Positions 1 through 8,765 of a stretch of DNA of 24,658 nucleotides are shown here, piece by piece. Made by a program: the position numbers and the translations under genes. The DNA comes from Campylobacteraceae bacterium. GTDB lineage: Bacteria > Campylobacterota > Campylobacteria > Campylobacterales > Sulfurovaceae. The notes beneath the pieces are model-generated. The model saw nothing but the letters and a program-made list of their open reading frames with translations. It was not told the DNA's origin and ran no database searches. The stretch spans positions 1-24,658 of the forward strand of contig JALWKP010000031.1 of NCBI GenBank assembly GCA_027081355.1, written 5' to 3'. How positions within the stretch are numbered: the first letter of the stretch is position 1; the number at the start of each line of letters is the position of its first letter.

Positions 1-1273
1 CAGGCAGCGGGCTAATCATATGCCCGCCGGTTTCCGTTTGCCACCAGGTATCTACAATAGCGCACTTTCCGCCGCCTACCGTATTGTAATACCACTTCCA
101 AGCAGGCGGGTCAATCGGCTCGCCGACAGTTCCTAAAACCCTTAAAGAGCTCAAATCATACTTTTTAGGCTCATCTTCGCCCATTTTATGCAGCACTCTA
201 ATAGCAGTAGGCGCAGTATAAAATTGCGTAATTTTATGCTCTTGCACCATTTTCCAAGCGCGCCCGGCATCTGGATATGTGGGCACCCCTTCAAACATCA
301 CGGTTGTGGTTCCTGCCGCCAAAGGACCGTAAACTATGTATGTGTGCCCGGTAATCCAGCCGATATCGGCAGTGCACCAAAACACATCGCCCTCTCTTAA
401 ATCAAACACCCACTCCATAGTCATTTGCGCCCATAAAATGTAGCCTGCTTGCGAATGCTGAACCCCTTTTGGCTTGCCTGTGCTTCCGCTTGTGTAAAGC
501 AAAAAGAGCGGATCTTCGCTATCCATCACTTCAAATTCACACTCGTCGCTCTGCGCGCCGATTAATTCATTATAATCAAAATCGCGCCCTTGGACCCACT
601 CTATCGGCTCTTGGTTTCTCTTGACAACCAAAACCGCCTCTACAGTGCCGCCGCCCTGCTTTAGCGCCTCATCAACCACAGGTTTAAGCATATAGGGCTT
701 GCCTTTTCTAAATGCCCCGTCAGCCGTAATTACAAGCTTTGCGCCCGCATCTTCGATTCTATCTTTCAAAGCCTCTGCGCTAAAACCGCCAAACACAACG
801 CTGTGAATCGCCCCGATTCTCGCACACGCAAGCATCGCATAAGCCGCCTGCGGAATCATCGGCATATAAAGCACAACCCTGTCGCCCTTTTTAATACCAA
901 ATTTATTTTTTAACAAATTGGCAAAACGGTTTACCTCTTTGCTCAAATGATTATAAGTAATCTTCTCTACATCGCCCCTGTCGCCTTCAAACAAAATAGC
1001 AACCTGCTCGCCGCGGCTTTCTAAATGTCTGTCCACACACTGGTTGCACACATTTAGCTTGCCGCCGGTAAACCACTTATAAAACGGCGCATTGCTTTCA
1101 TCCAGCACTTTATCGTAAGGGGCAAGCCAATTTATCTTTTCTTTGGCGTAACCGTCCCAAAACCCCTCGTAATCCTCTTTTGCCCTGTTTTGCAGCGCCT
1201 GGTATTCATCCATACTCTTAATTCTTGCACTCTTTGAAATCTCCGGATTTGGCGGATAAATCTCTTTGCTCAT
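1..1273 (-). CDS. acs: Acetyl-CoA synthetase (AMP-forming), partial; the 3' end runs off the window start
   Basis: Reverse translation from the ATG at 1273 reads [40 protein letters not shown].... Further in is the AMP-binding P-loop [13 protein letters not shown] (rc of about 470-510). No stop occurs before position 1. It is absent from the ORF track because the ORF is open-ended. Confidence 0.9.
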   Translation of the reverse strand, partial: MSKEIYPPNPEISKSARIKSMDEYQALQNRAKEDYEGFWDGYAKEKINWLAPYDKVLDESNAPFYKWFTGGKLNVCNQCVDRHLESRGEQVAILFEGDRGDVEKITYNHLSKEVNRFANLLKNKFGIKKGDRVVLYMPMIPQAAYAMLACARIGAIHSVVFGGFSAEALKDRIEDAGAKLVITADGAFRKGKPYMLKPVVDEALKQGGGTVEAVLVVKRNQEPIEWVQGRDFDYNELIGAQSDECEFEVMDSEDPLFLLYTSGSTGKPKGVQHSQAGYILWAQMTMEWVFDLREGDVFWCTADIGWITGHTYIVYGPLAAGTTTVMFEGVPTYPDAGRAWKMVQEHKITQFYTAPTAIRVLHKMGEDEPKKYDLSSLRVLGTVGEPIDPPAWKWYYNTVGGGKCAIVDTWWQTETGGHMISPLP

Positions 1274-1571
1274 TAAACACTCCTTATTCTGTTTATCAAT
1301 TATAAATTATCTAGCTTTTGATTAATTTTCTCTTAAGTATGTCAAATAAAAATGCTTGAGCCAAGAATGGTAAGAATGGTAACACTTTTTAAAAAGCTTG
1401 GAGCTGAGAGTAGAGAGCTAAGAGCCCATTTTGTTAGTATAGCAGTTTGCCGATATAATATATTTAATATTTTTACACATTTTAATAAATTTTTTTAAGT
1501 TTCATTTTATATAATAAATATTAAGAGTATTGAACTCTTTTATGAATAATAGACTGGAAAAGGAAAACTAA

Positions 1572-2066
1572 ATGAAAAAACTACTTTTAATTCCGGCATT
1601 GGCTATTTTACTTGGCTGTGGCGGCGGCAGTGGCGGAGGTGCTACAAAAGTTTCTATTGATGATGATTTATTAGGTTCTTGGTCAAAGGATTGTGAAGAG
1701 ACAATATTTGATGATCCGGGTGACGACAAATATGAGATACAAACTATTATATTCAAAAAAGGCGGTAAAGTAACTTATAAAGAAGTTTACTATAAAGATT
1801 CTTCTTGCACTGAAAAATCAGGTGACGGCACTACAACAGACGGCACATACAGTGCAGGTAAAGAAACCAAGGCAGCCGACGGCGAAAAAGCTAAAAAACT
1901 AGATGTGCATATTAAAGATCGTAATGAATATACTATGTATAGATTTGACGACAACAAAACTACTTTATTAGTAGCAAATTGGGGCGATGAAAATCATGAC
2001 GGCTCTTCCGATAAAAATAGAGCTAACGATTTTGAAGATCCTGATATATGGCATAAAGATAAATAG
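1572..2066 (+). CDS. Small secreted lipoprotein, function unknown (Gly/Asp/Lys-rich)
   Basis: N-terminus MKKLLLIPALAILLGCGGGSGGG is a signal peptide with lipobox LLG-C. AAGGAAAA sits 6 nt upstream of the ATG. The gene is convergent with the next gene. Confidence 0.7.
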   Translation: MKKLLLIPALAILLGCGGGSGGGATKVSIDDDLLGSWSKDCEETIFDDPGDDKYEIQTIIFKKGGKVTYKEVYYKDSSCTEKSGDGTTTDGTYSAGKETKAADGEKAKKLDVHIKDRNEYTMYRFDDNKTTLLVANWGDENHDGSSDKNRANDFEDPDIWHKDK

Positions 2067-2091
2067 AGTTATTCATATAGCAGATTGATAT

Positions 2092-2116
2092 AGAGACGAG
2101 TCGATTCGTCTCTTTT
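2092..2116. terminator. Bidirectional rho-independent terminator between convergent genes
   Basis: GAGACGA(G)TCGAT TCGTCTC hairpin followed by TTTT on the + strand, with an A-run on the other side. It lies exactly between the stops at 2066 and 2121. Confidence 0.5.
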
Positions 2117-2120
2117 GCAT

Positions 2121-2726
2121 TTACTCTTTCTGCCCTAAATCTAAAGTTATATAAGAAGTTGTATTATCGCTGTTTTTAGATTCATACATTCCAAAATCTG
2201 TAATATCCGGGTCCATCATATTTGAACAGTGTCCGTCTGTGCTCTCTATCCAAGATTCGATTGCGTGAATCCAAGTATCTCTGCCGTTTCCTAGCGAATC
2301 GTGCTTATAATAGATATTTTCGGCATACTTTAAACCTTTAAAGCCGTGTTTTCTCATTCTGTCGTAGCTGTGGCTATTGTCGCTTCCAACGTGACTAAAA
2401 TTACCGCTTTTTAACATATCATCACTATGCTCTTTTGCCGCTTCTACAAGTTTATCATTGCTGTTTATTTCAGGTGAAGGACCGCTTTTCATTTCATCAT
2501 CTACACATTGGATATTTAAGCTTCTGACATAATTTAAAACCATTTCATATTGAACATTTATAGGGTCGCTTCTGTCAAATCCACCTACTTTACCTTCGTC
2601 AATTGCTTTAACTAAATCAACTTTTGGGGTCTTTTTACCTTTTAATTCATTTAAAAGTTCATCAACGGTGCATCCTGTAATAAATATTATCAAAATGTTA
2701 ATTCCTAAAATTTTCAAATATCTCAT
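2121..2726 (-). CDS. CAP/SCP (YkwD-like) domain lipoprotein
   Basis: MRYLKILGINILIIFITGC is a lipoprotein signal. Bacterial SCP-like motifs are present: AKEHSDDM...FSH, ...YAENIYY..., ...W..STDGHCSNMM....FGMY. Confidence 0.6.
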   Translation of the reverse strand: MRYLKILGINILIIFITGCTVDELLNELKGKKTPKVDLVKAIDEGKVGGFDRSDPINVQYEMVLNYVRSLNIQCVDDEMKSGPSPEINSNDKLVEAAKEHSDDMLKSGNFSHVGSDNSHSYDRMRKHGFKGLKYAENIYYKHDSLGNGRDTWIHAIESWIESTDGHCSNMMDPDITDFGMYESKNSDNTTSYITLDLGQKE

Positions 2727-2910
2727 TTAAATACTCCCATTATTTGGTAATGCAAGTTTATTAAAATAAATATTAACAATTTCTTAAACAAAACATATTT
2801 TTTACATTTTTTTGCTAAAAAAGAGCCCATTCTATGGAAATATACATAAAATAGATTAAAAAATGCCATATTTATAACATTTTTTGATACAACAATGTTT
2901 AATCTTTTTT

Positions 2911-2920
2911 ATGTGATAAT
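2911..2920 (+). promoter_or_regulatory. Extended -10 element (TGTGATAAT) upstream of the PRTase gene
   Basis: tgtgataat lies about 27 nt upstream of the ATG at 2947, in a T-rich upstream region. Sequence-only guess. Confidence 0.3.
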
Positions 2921-2946
2921 TTATTATCAAAATAGAAAGAGAAAAT

Positions 2947-3387
2947 ATGAAAAAAATATTTTACAGTTACGAAGAATTTGCAAAAGACAGTAAACTTTTA
3001 GCAGATAAAATTAAAGTTTATAATCCAGATGCATTAATTGCAATTGCCAGAGGCGGTTTAACATTAGGGCATTTTTTGGCGCAGGCGTTAAATATAAGAG
3101 AAATTTATACTTTAAACTCTATCCATTACGAAAATAGTAAAAAATTGGATATTTTAAATATTTTTAATATTCCAAATTTAAACGGCTTAAACAGAGCTGT
3201 TTTGGTAGATGATATTATAGACAGCGGCGAAACAATGGCAGAGATATTAAAACTTTTAAATTCGCAATATCCAAATTGCGAATTTAAAGTCGCGACACTG
3301 TTTTACAAAAGCTCAGCCATTTTAAAACCAGACTGGTTAATTAATGAAGCCAATTGCTGGATAGATTTTTTTTGGGAAAAAATTTAA
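2947..3387 (+). CDS. Phosphoribosyltransferase, xanthine-guanine PRTase (Gpt)-like
   Basis: LIAIARGGLTLGHFLAQALNIREI ... AVLVDDIIDSGETMAEI is a PRPP-binding motif. At 146 aa the architecture is collinear with E. coli Gpt as I remember it. Confidence 0.7.
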   Translation: MKKIFYSYEEFAKDSKLLADKIKVYNPDALIAIARGGLTLGHFLAQALNIREIYTLNSIHYENSKKLDILNIFNIPNLNGLNRAVLVDDIIDSGETMAEILKLLNSQYPNCEFKVATLFYKSSAILKPDWLINEANCWIDFFWEKI

Positions 3388-3932
3388 AATTTATACGAAA
3401 TCGAGCCAATCCAAATATCTATTCCATCATTTGGAGCTTTTATACTTGCATTTGAATAGTGCATATATCTAAAGCTAAAATCAAATTTGCCAACTCTGAC
3501 CCCTGCGCCCAATCTGTCTTCAAATAAAAAATTTGTTGACATATTTCTATTGTCAATCCAAGTGTGATTAAATAAAGAAACCCCTATTCCTGCCTCTAAA
3601 TAGGGCTTTACATTATCGCTTAAATTAAAGTAGTAATTAAATACAGGAGACAGCGCAATTCCATAATTCTCTTTGTGATTACTGCTTTTACCTTTCCAGT
3701 AGTTAAAAGTTAATTCATAATATCCCGAAAGATACCCTGCTTTGCTCTCTAGCCAGCGGCTTTTAAAATCTTTGCGCACGCCTATTCTGTAAATATCAAT
3801 TTTATCGCGGCTTCGCCCAATACTTAAAGTTACGCCATCAATATAACTATTGTTTACCTTTAGCGGTTCTTTTGCGCTTAATGTGCCACAAAGCGTAACT
3901 GCTGCTGCCGATGCCAGTAGAAACTTTTTCAT
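3384..3932 (-). CDS. Outer-membrane beta-barrel protein, PagL-like (putative lipid A 3-O-deacylase/acyloxyacyl hydrolase family)
   Basis: Signal peptide MKKFLLASAAAVTLCGTLSA. Alternating hydrophobic beta-strand pattern with a C-terminal ...ISYKF. An H-x-S-N (HYSNAS) motif resembles the PagL catalytic His/Ser. The family assignment is tentative. Confidence 0.45.
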   Translation of the reverse strand: MKKFLLASAAAVTLCGTLSAKEPLKVNNSYIDGVTLSIGRSRDKIDIYRIGVRKDFKSRWLESKAGYLSGYYELTFNYWKGKSSNHKENYGIALSPVFNYYFNLSDNVKPYLEAGIGVSLFNHTWIDNRNMSTNFLFEDRLGAGVRVGKFDFSFRYMHYSNASIKAPNDGIDIWIGSISYKF

Positions 3933-3963
3933 CTGAATCCTTTTTTTGTTTTAATTTTATAGT

Positions 3964-3969
3964 ATAATA
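3964..3969 (+). promoter_or_regulatory. -10 box TATAAT upstream of the 3988 gene
   Basis: tataat 19 nt upstream of the ATG, followed by SD AAGGGGG. Confidence 0.3.
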
Positions 3970-3987
3970 CAAAAAAGGGGGCTTAAA

Positions 3988-4314
3988 ATGAATGAGAACA
4001 ATTTAGATATTTTAAATTTGCTAGGCATTAATGCAAAGGATGGAAAAATTGATATAGATTTAAATAAAACTAAAAGTTTTTTTACAACTTTGCAAGAAAC
4101 ACTACAAGAAAAGGCGCAAAAAATCGATGAAAATATTAAAAATGACAAAGTTGATTTAGAAGATGTCGGATTAAAAATCGATAAAGAACATATTTCCTTG
4201 GATTTAAATAAAACCAAAAACTTTTTTGACGGTTTAACACAAAAATTGGAAAAATTTGTTGAAGAGATAGATAAAACAGCAAAAGAGTTAAAGAGACCGC
4301 TGGATAATAGTTAG
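3988..4314 (+). CDS. Hypothetical protein with a two-unit internal tandem repeat (about 40 aa each). The 3' end is contributed by a MITE-like element
   Basis: Repeat units IDIDLNKTKSFFTTLQETLQEKAQKIDE and ISLDLNKTKNFFDGLTQKLEKFVEEIDK. Strong SD AAGGGGG. The last 8 codons and the stop (KRPLDNS*) are encoded by the left inverted repeat of the dispersed element, copy C. Confidence 0.55.
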   Translation: MNENNLDILNLLGINAKDGKIDIDLNKTKSFFTTLQETLQEKAQKIDENIKNDKVDLEDVGLKIDKEHISLDLNKTKNFFDGLTQKLEKFVEEIDKTAKELKRPLDNS

Positions 4315-4449
4315 TTTCAAAGCATAGTGCTAGAAAGTGCCAGAAATTAAACAAAAAGACTCTATGACCTAGCTAAAGCTAAGCAGAGAGGAGTTTTTGA
4401 TTTATGATGTTTTATAATGCCTTAATTTAGGCTTGCTGATGTGTAAAAG
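4293..4449 (+). repeat. MITE-like dispersed repeat, copy C (left inverted repeat intact, right end degenerate)
   Basis: gagaccgctggataatagttagtttcaaagcatagtgctagaaagtgccagaaattaaa...ctagctaaagctaagcagagagga...gatttatgatgttttataatgcc aligns along its length with copy A at 17620-17782. Confidence 0.7.
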
Positions 4450-4498
4450 TTATCGATAAAATCAATAGATTTATCGGGATATTTTCATTAAGATAAAA

Positions 4499-5200
4499 CT
4501 ACTTTCTATGCTCGATTAAATTGCCTTTATTGTAAGAGAGGATTTTGGTTATCTCTTTTTTTACTGCCGGGTCGCTTTTTTCACTGCTGATTATTTCTAG
4601 CATTTTACCGATATTTTCGTGTTTTAATTCGGTCTCTTTTATGTGTGCTTTAAAATTATACTCTTGTTCTTTTAAAGCGGCTTCGTGTTTTTGTTTGGCT
4701 AAATGTCTTAAGTATAAAATAATCAGCCAGGCAAATGCTACAAAAAGCGCTGCAACTGTTAACAGCTTATAAAGTCCTATCTCTTTTTCTTTAACTTCCA
4801 CCATTTTTTGGCTGTTTATTTTTGCAAGTTCAATAGAATTGTTTGCTTCTATCTGTTTTTGTTTAGTCTCTTGCTCTTTGATTTCTTTAGTTTTTTCCAG
4901 CTCTAACTCTTTTAATTTCTGCTCGTTTTTTGCTTTTATTTGGGCTAAATTTTGCTCTTTTTGCGCTTGCAGTTTTGCCATTTGCAGCTTGCTCTCTTTG
5001 TTTAATTTTTCTAAGCGCTCTTTTTGGCTTATCTGCACAGGTTTTATGGGGTTTTTTACTTTTTTATTATCGGTTTTTGGAACTTTTTTAATCATTGGAT
5101 TATTATTGTTTAATGCTTTTGTCTGCTCTACGCTTTTATCTGCGCTGCCTCCGCACCCGGTAATTATAACTGCACTTAATATTAATAGAAAACTTTTCAT
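4499..5200 (-). CDS. Coiled-coil lipoprotein with an internal transmembrane segment, function unknown
   Basis: MKSFLLILSAVIITGC lipobox. About 120 aa of K/E/Q-rich heptad-like sequence, then a hydrophobic span LLTVAALFVAFAWLIILYL followed by a charged C-terminal tail. Confidence 0.6.
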   Translation of the reverse strand: MKSFLLILSAVIITGCGGSADKSVEQTKALNNNNPMIKKVPKTDNKKVKNPIKPVQISQKERLEKLNKESKLQMAKLQAQKEQNLAQIKAKNEQKLKELELEKTKEIKEQETKQKQIEANNSIELAKINSQKMVEVKEKEIGLYKLLTVAALFVAFAWLIILYLRHLAKQKHEAALKEQEYNFKAHIKETELKHENIGKMLEIISSEKSDPAVKKEITKILSYNKGNLIEHRK

Positions 5201-5262
5201 TAAAATATCCTAATTTTTTTATTCAATGCCGAATTATACAATAAAACATAACTTTTTTTTGC

Positions 5263-5268
5263 TATAAT
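5263..5268 (+). promoter_or_regulatory. -10 box TATAAT upstream of ilvI
   Basis: gctataatc 33 nt upstream of the ATG at 5301. SD GGAG at about 5289. Confidence 0.35.
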
Positions 5269-5300
5269 CGGCTTTAAATCTACAAATTTGGAGCAGTTTT

Positions 5301-6995
5301 ATGAAAATTAGCGGAGCACAGATGGTTTGCGAAGCCATTAACGCCGAGGGTGTTAAGTATGTATTCGGCTACCCGGGCGGTGCAATTATGAATGTTTACG
5401 ACGAAATTTACAAGCAAAACGGTTTTAAACACATTTTAACGCGCCACGAGCAAGCGGCGGTTCACGCAGCCGATGCTTATGCAAGAGTAAGCGGCGAAGT
5501 GGGCGTTGCTATGGTAACAAGCGGTCCGGGTTTTACAAATGCGGTTACGGGGCTTGCTACGGCTTATACCGATTCTACGCCGCTTGTGGTTATCAGCGGG
5601 CAGGTGCCTGTTAGCCTTATCGGGACAGACGGCTTTCAAGAAGTCGATGCAGTGGGGATTAGCCGCTCGTGCACAAAGCACAACTATTTAGTAAAAGATA
5701 TTAACGATTTGCCGCGCATTTTAAAAGAGGCGTTTTATATCGCAAGAAGCGGGCGCCCGGGACCTGTGCTTATTGATATTCCAAAAGATATTACAAGTGA
5801 AATTGCAGAATTTAATTACCCCGAAAGTGTGGATATTCCGACATATAAACCAAGTTACAAGGGCAATAACCGCCAGATAAAAAAAGCGGCAGAAGCGATT
5901 TTAGAAGCTAAAAAACCGCTTCTTTATATCGGCGGGGGTGCGGTTTTAAGCAACGCAAGCGATGTTATCCGCGAATTTGCTGAAGTTACGGGTATTCCTG
6001 CGGTAGAAACGCTGATGGCGCGCGGCGTTATGGGCGATAGCAACCCTTTGCAGATAGGAATGCCCGGAATGCACGGAAGCTACGCTTCTAATATGGCAAT
6101 GAGTGAGAGTGATTTGATTATCTCTTTGGGTGCGAGATTTGACGACAGAGTTACGGGCAAACTTAGCGAATTTGCCAAATATGCCGATATTATCCATATA
6201 GATATAGACCCTGCAAATATCGGAAAAATTGTAGATGTTGACTACCCGATTGTGGGAGATGTTAAAATTGTTACGCAAAAACTTTTGGATAAATTAAGAG
6301 ATACCGTTAAGCCGAAACGCTACGAAGTTTGGAGAGATTTGCTAAAAAGATACGACGAAATCCATCCGCTGGGCTTTGAAGACAGCGATGAAGTTATTAA
6401 ACCGCAATGGGTTATAAAGCGCCTGGGCGAGCTGGTTGGCGAAAATGCTACCGTAACTTCGGATGTAGGGCAGCACCAAATGTGGGCGGCGCAATTCTTT
6501 CCGTTTTCAAGACCGCGCCAGTGGGTAAATTCGGGCGGACTTGGAACAATGGGATTTGGTTTGCCGGCAGCTTTGGGAGCTAAAATGGCAAACCCCGAAA
6601 AAACGGTAATAAATGTTACGGGAGACGGCTCGATTTTAATGAATATTCAAGAGCTTGTAACCGCGGCAGAAAACGGCATTGCGGTAATTAATGTAATGCT
6701 AAACAACCACTTTTTGGGAATGGTTAGACAGTGGCAGACATTCTTTTACGAAAAACGCTACGCCGAAACCGATTTGAGTTACCAGCCAAACTGGAAAATG
6801 CTTGTAGAAGCGTGCGGCGGAGTGGGTTACGATGTAACAACAAAAGAGGAGTTTGATGTTGCGCTAAAAGATGCAATTGCCCAAAATAAGGTAGCATTTA
6901 TAAATGTTGCAGTTGATAGATTTGAAAATGTTCTGCCGATGGTTCCAGCAGGCGGCGCGCTGTTTAATATGATGCTAGAGTATAAGGAGAGATAA
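5301..6995 (+). CDS. ilvI: Acetolactate synthase (acetohydroxy-acid synthase) large subunit
   Basis: ThDP-enzyme N-terminus MKISGAQMVCEAINAEGVKYVFGYPGGAIMNVYDE. ThDP-binding motif ...GLGTMGFGLPAALGAKMA..TGDGS..MN. Length 564 aa. Confidence 0.92.
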   Translation: MKISGAQMVCEAINAEGVKYVFGYPGGAIMNVYDEIYKQNGFKHILTRHEQAAVHAADAYARVSGEVGVAMVTSGPGFTNAVTGLATAYTDSTPLVVISGQVPVSLIGTDGFQEVDAVGISRSCTKHNYLVKDINDLPRILKEAFYIARSGRPGPVLIDIPKDITSEIAEFNYPESVDIPTYKPSYKGNNRQIKKAAEAILEAKKPLLYIGGGAVLSNASDVIREFAEVTGIPAVETLMARGVMGDSNPLQIGMPGMHGSYASNMAMSESDLIISLGARFDDRVTGKLSEFAKYADIIHIDIDPANIGKIVDVDYPIVGDVKIVTQKLLDKLRDTVKPKRYEVWRDLLKRYDEIHPLGFEDSDEVIKPQWVIKRLGELVGENATVTSDVGQHQMWAAQFFPFSRPRQWVNSGGLGTMGFGLPAALGAKMANPEKTVINVTGDGSILMNIQELVTAAENGIAVINVMLNNHFLGMVRQWQTFFYEKRYAETDLSYQPNWKMLVEACGGVGYDVTTKEEFDVALKDAIAQNKVAFINVAVDRFENVLPMVPAGGALFNMMLEYKER

Positions 6996-7471
6996 TGCAA
7001 ACAGTAAAAAGAGTAATTTCGATAATTGTTCAAAACGAAGCCCAGGTTTTAGCCAGGGTTTCGGGGCTGTTTGCAGGGCGCGGATATAATATCGAGTCGC
7101 TGACAGTTGCTGCAATTCCAGGCAGCAATATGTCGCATATGACAATTGTAACCCAAGGGAGCAAACGCGTTATCGAGCAGATTATTAAGCAGCTGCATAA
7201 ACTGATTCCGGTATATAAAGTAATAGAGCACGATTCTATGGTAGAAAAAGAGATGGTGCTTGTAAAACTGCCTATTGACAAAGATACAAATATTGCCAAT
7301 ATCCAATCGCTTTTTGAGGCATATAACGGAGGTATTGTTAATGCTTCTAAAAATGTGATAATTGCAATGGCAGCCGATGAATCTATGCGGATTAACCACT
7401 GTATAGAAGCGGCTAAAAATTTTAAACCGATAGAAATTGTCCGCAGCGGCGTTGTGGCGATGGAGAGATAA
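6995..7471 (+). CDS. ilvH: Acetolactate synthase small (regulatory) subunit
   Basis: ACT-domain start VISIIVQNEAQVLARVSGLFAGRGYNIESLTVA. TAATG overlap with ilvI. Confidence 0.88.
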   Translation: MQTVKRVISIIVQNEAQVLARVSGLFAGRGYNIESLTVAAIPGSNMSHMTIVTQGSKRVIEQIIKQLHKLIPVYKVIEHDSMVEKEMVLVKLPIDKDTNIANIQSLFEAYNGGIVNASKNVIIAMAADESMRINHCIEAAKNFKPIEIVRSGVVAMER

Positions 7472-8421
7472 TGTCAAAAAGTTTAAAAGAGATTGCTAAG
7501 TTTTTAGAGCTTGAATGCAACGAAGATTTGGAGATAAAAAAGCTTTTAACGCTTAAAGAGGCAGACAAAAACAGTTTAAGCTTTTTTCACGACGAGAAGT
7601 ATTTAAACGATTTAAAAAGCACTAAAGCCGGCGCAGTTATTTTAAAAGAGGAGTATCTTCAGTATCTGCCAAACGGGACAGTTGCGCTTGTGACTAATGA
7701 GCCTTATAAAAAGATGGCGCTTGCAACTTCTCTTTTTGCTTATATACCGAGCGTGCAGACTTTTGAGCCTGTTTTAAAAGAGGGGGCAGAAATTGCACAA
7801 AGTGTAAATTGCGGTAAAAATGTTACAATAGGAGCCGGCAGCAAAGTAATGGCGGGCTGCTTTTTGGGCGACGGTGCAGAGATTGGCGAAAACTGTATAA
7901 TTTACCCAAATGTTACGATATATCACGGCTGCAAAATCGGAAATAATACAATAATCCACAGCGGCACGGTAATAGGCAGCGACGGCTTTGGTTTTGTAAG
8001 CAAAGACAGCTCTAATACCAAATTTTACCAAATCGGCAATGTTGTTATAGAAGACAATGTGGAAATCGGCGCAAACTGCACGATAGACAGGGCGACTCTT
8101 GGCTCTACAATTATAAAATCCAATGCCAAGCTTGACAACTTAATTCAAGTGGGGCACAATTGCCAAATTGGCGAATACAGCATAATAGTTTCGCAAGTTG
8201 GATTGTCGGGTTCTACAATAGTGGGGCAAGGCGTGGTTATTGGCGGACAGTGCGGAACTGCGGGGCATTTAAAAATCGGCGACAGAGCAATGCTTGCAGC
8301 AAGAACAGGCGTAACCAAAAGCTTAGAAGGCGGCAAAATCTACGGCGGCTTCCCTGCGGTAGAGATAAAACTATGGCGCAAAATGCAAGCTGCGCTTATG
8401 CGGCTGGTTAAGAAGAGATAG
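7471..8421 (+). CDS. lpxD: UDP-3-O-(3-hydroxyacyl)glucosamine N-acyltransferase
   Basis: Left-handed beta-helix hexapeptide repeats (IGAGSKV..GDGAEIGENCIIYPNVTIYHGCKIGNNTIIHSGTVIGSDGFGF...). N-terminal domain typical of LpxD. TAATG overlap with ilvH. Confidence 0.85.
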   Translation: MSKSLKEIAKFLELECNEDLEIKKLLTLKEADKNSLSFFHDEKYLNDLKSTKAGAVILKEEYLQYLPNGTVALVTNEPYKKMALATSLFAYIPSVQTFEPVLKEGAEIAQSVNCGKNVTIGAGSKVMAGCFLGDGAEIGENCIIYPNVTIYHGCKIGNNTIIHSGTVIGSDGFGFVSKDSSNTKFYQIGNVVIEDNVEIGANCTIDRATLGSTIIKSNAKLDNLIQVGHNCQIGEYSIIVSQVGLSGSTIVGQGVVIGGQCGTAGHLKIGDRAMLAARTGVTKSLEGGKIYGGFPAVEIKLWRKMQAALMRLVKKR

Positions 8422-8465
8422 GATTGAACAGTGAAGATTTAGGATTTTAGGATTTCTTTCACCCT

Positions 8466-8483
8466 AAAGCCGCACAGCTTTTG
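8466..8483 (+). terminator. Weak hairpin plus T-tract downstream of lpxD
   Basis: AAAGC-CGCACA-GCTTT followed by TGG... A short stem, so low confidence. Confidence 0.25.
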
Positions 8484-8546
8484 GATGTAAATATTTTCTG
8501 CTTATGGATTTGAAATTCTAAATCCAATAGCATTGGAGATGTTTCG

Positions 8547-8723
8547 TTAATCTATAATTCTTAAAAAGTTATGAAGCCCCGCTCCTATCAAAATGGAGCC
8601 AAGCACAAAAGATTCATTTCCCGCTTGTATAGTATCGGTAACTGGAGAAAATTGTTCGGCAGTAAGATTCACTCCAGCATAAAGAAGAGAAGATGATATT
8701 AAAAAAATAACTATTCTATACAT
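8547..8723 (-). CDS. Small hydrophobic membrane protein (58 aa, two predicted TM helices) downstream of the SPFH gene
   Basis: My own translation: MYRIVIFLISSSLLYAGVNLTAEQFSPVTDTIQAGNESFVLGSILIGAGLHNFLRIID. GGGGAAAAG lies 5 nt upstream. It falls below the ORF-track size cut-off. Confidence 0.3.
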   Translation of the reverse strand: MYRIVIFLISSSLLYAGVNLTAEQFSPVTDTIQAGNESFVLGSILIGAGLHNFLRIID

Positions 8724-8765
8724 ATCTTTTCCCCATAACTGACATTTTTATGACAGCATTATAAC

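Noticed and set aside
188-400. Many ORF-track entries that are antisense to, or embedded in, strong genes
   Set aside because: Examples are 188..400 and 1568..1756, 4545..4772 and 4839..5213, 5436..5681 and 5946..6278, 6827..7477 (minus), 7774..8411, 10498..10926, 11758..11946, 13491..14792 (plus), 16405..16743, 19122..19771 (plus), 20338..20586 and 20717..21576 (plus), 21375..21599 and 22454..22684. They overlap well-supported genes (acs, ilvI, ilvH, lpxD, wzc, panE, cca, topA and others) in other frames. They have low-complexity or Cys/Phe/Ser-rich translations and no RBS.
3957-4354. Minus-strand ORFs 3957..4217 and 4136..4354
   Set aside because: They are antisense to the SD-supported repeat-protein gene and to the MITE copy. 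Their translations are low-complexity (F/L/S-rich).
8521-8540. Palindrome TCCAAT-AGC-ATTGGA between lpxD and the convergent small ORF
   Set aside because: It has a short 6-bp stem with only a weak T-rich tail. It is possibly a shared terminator but too weak to call.
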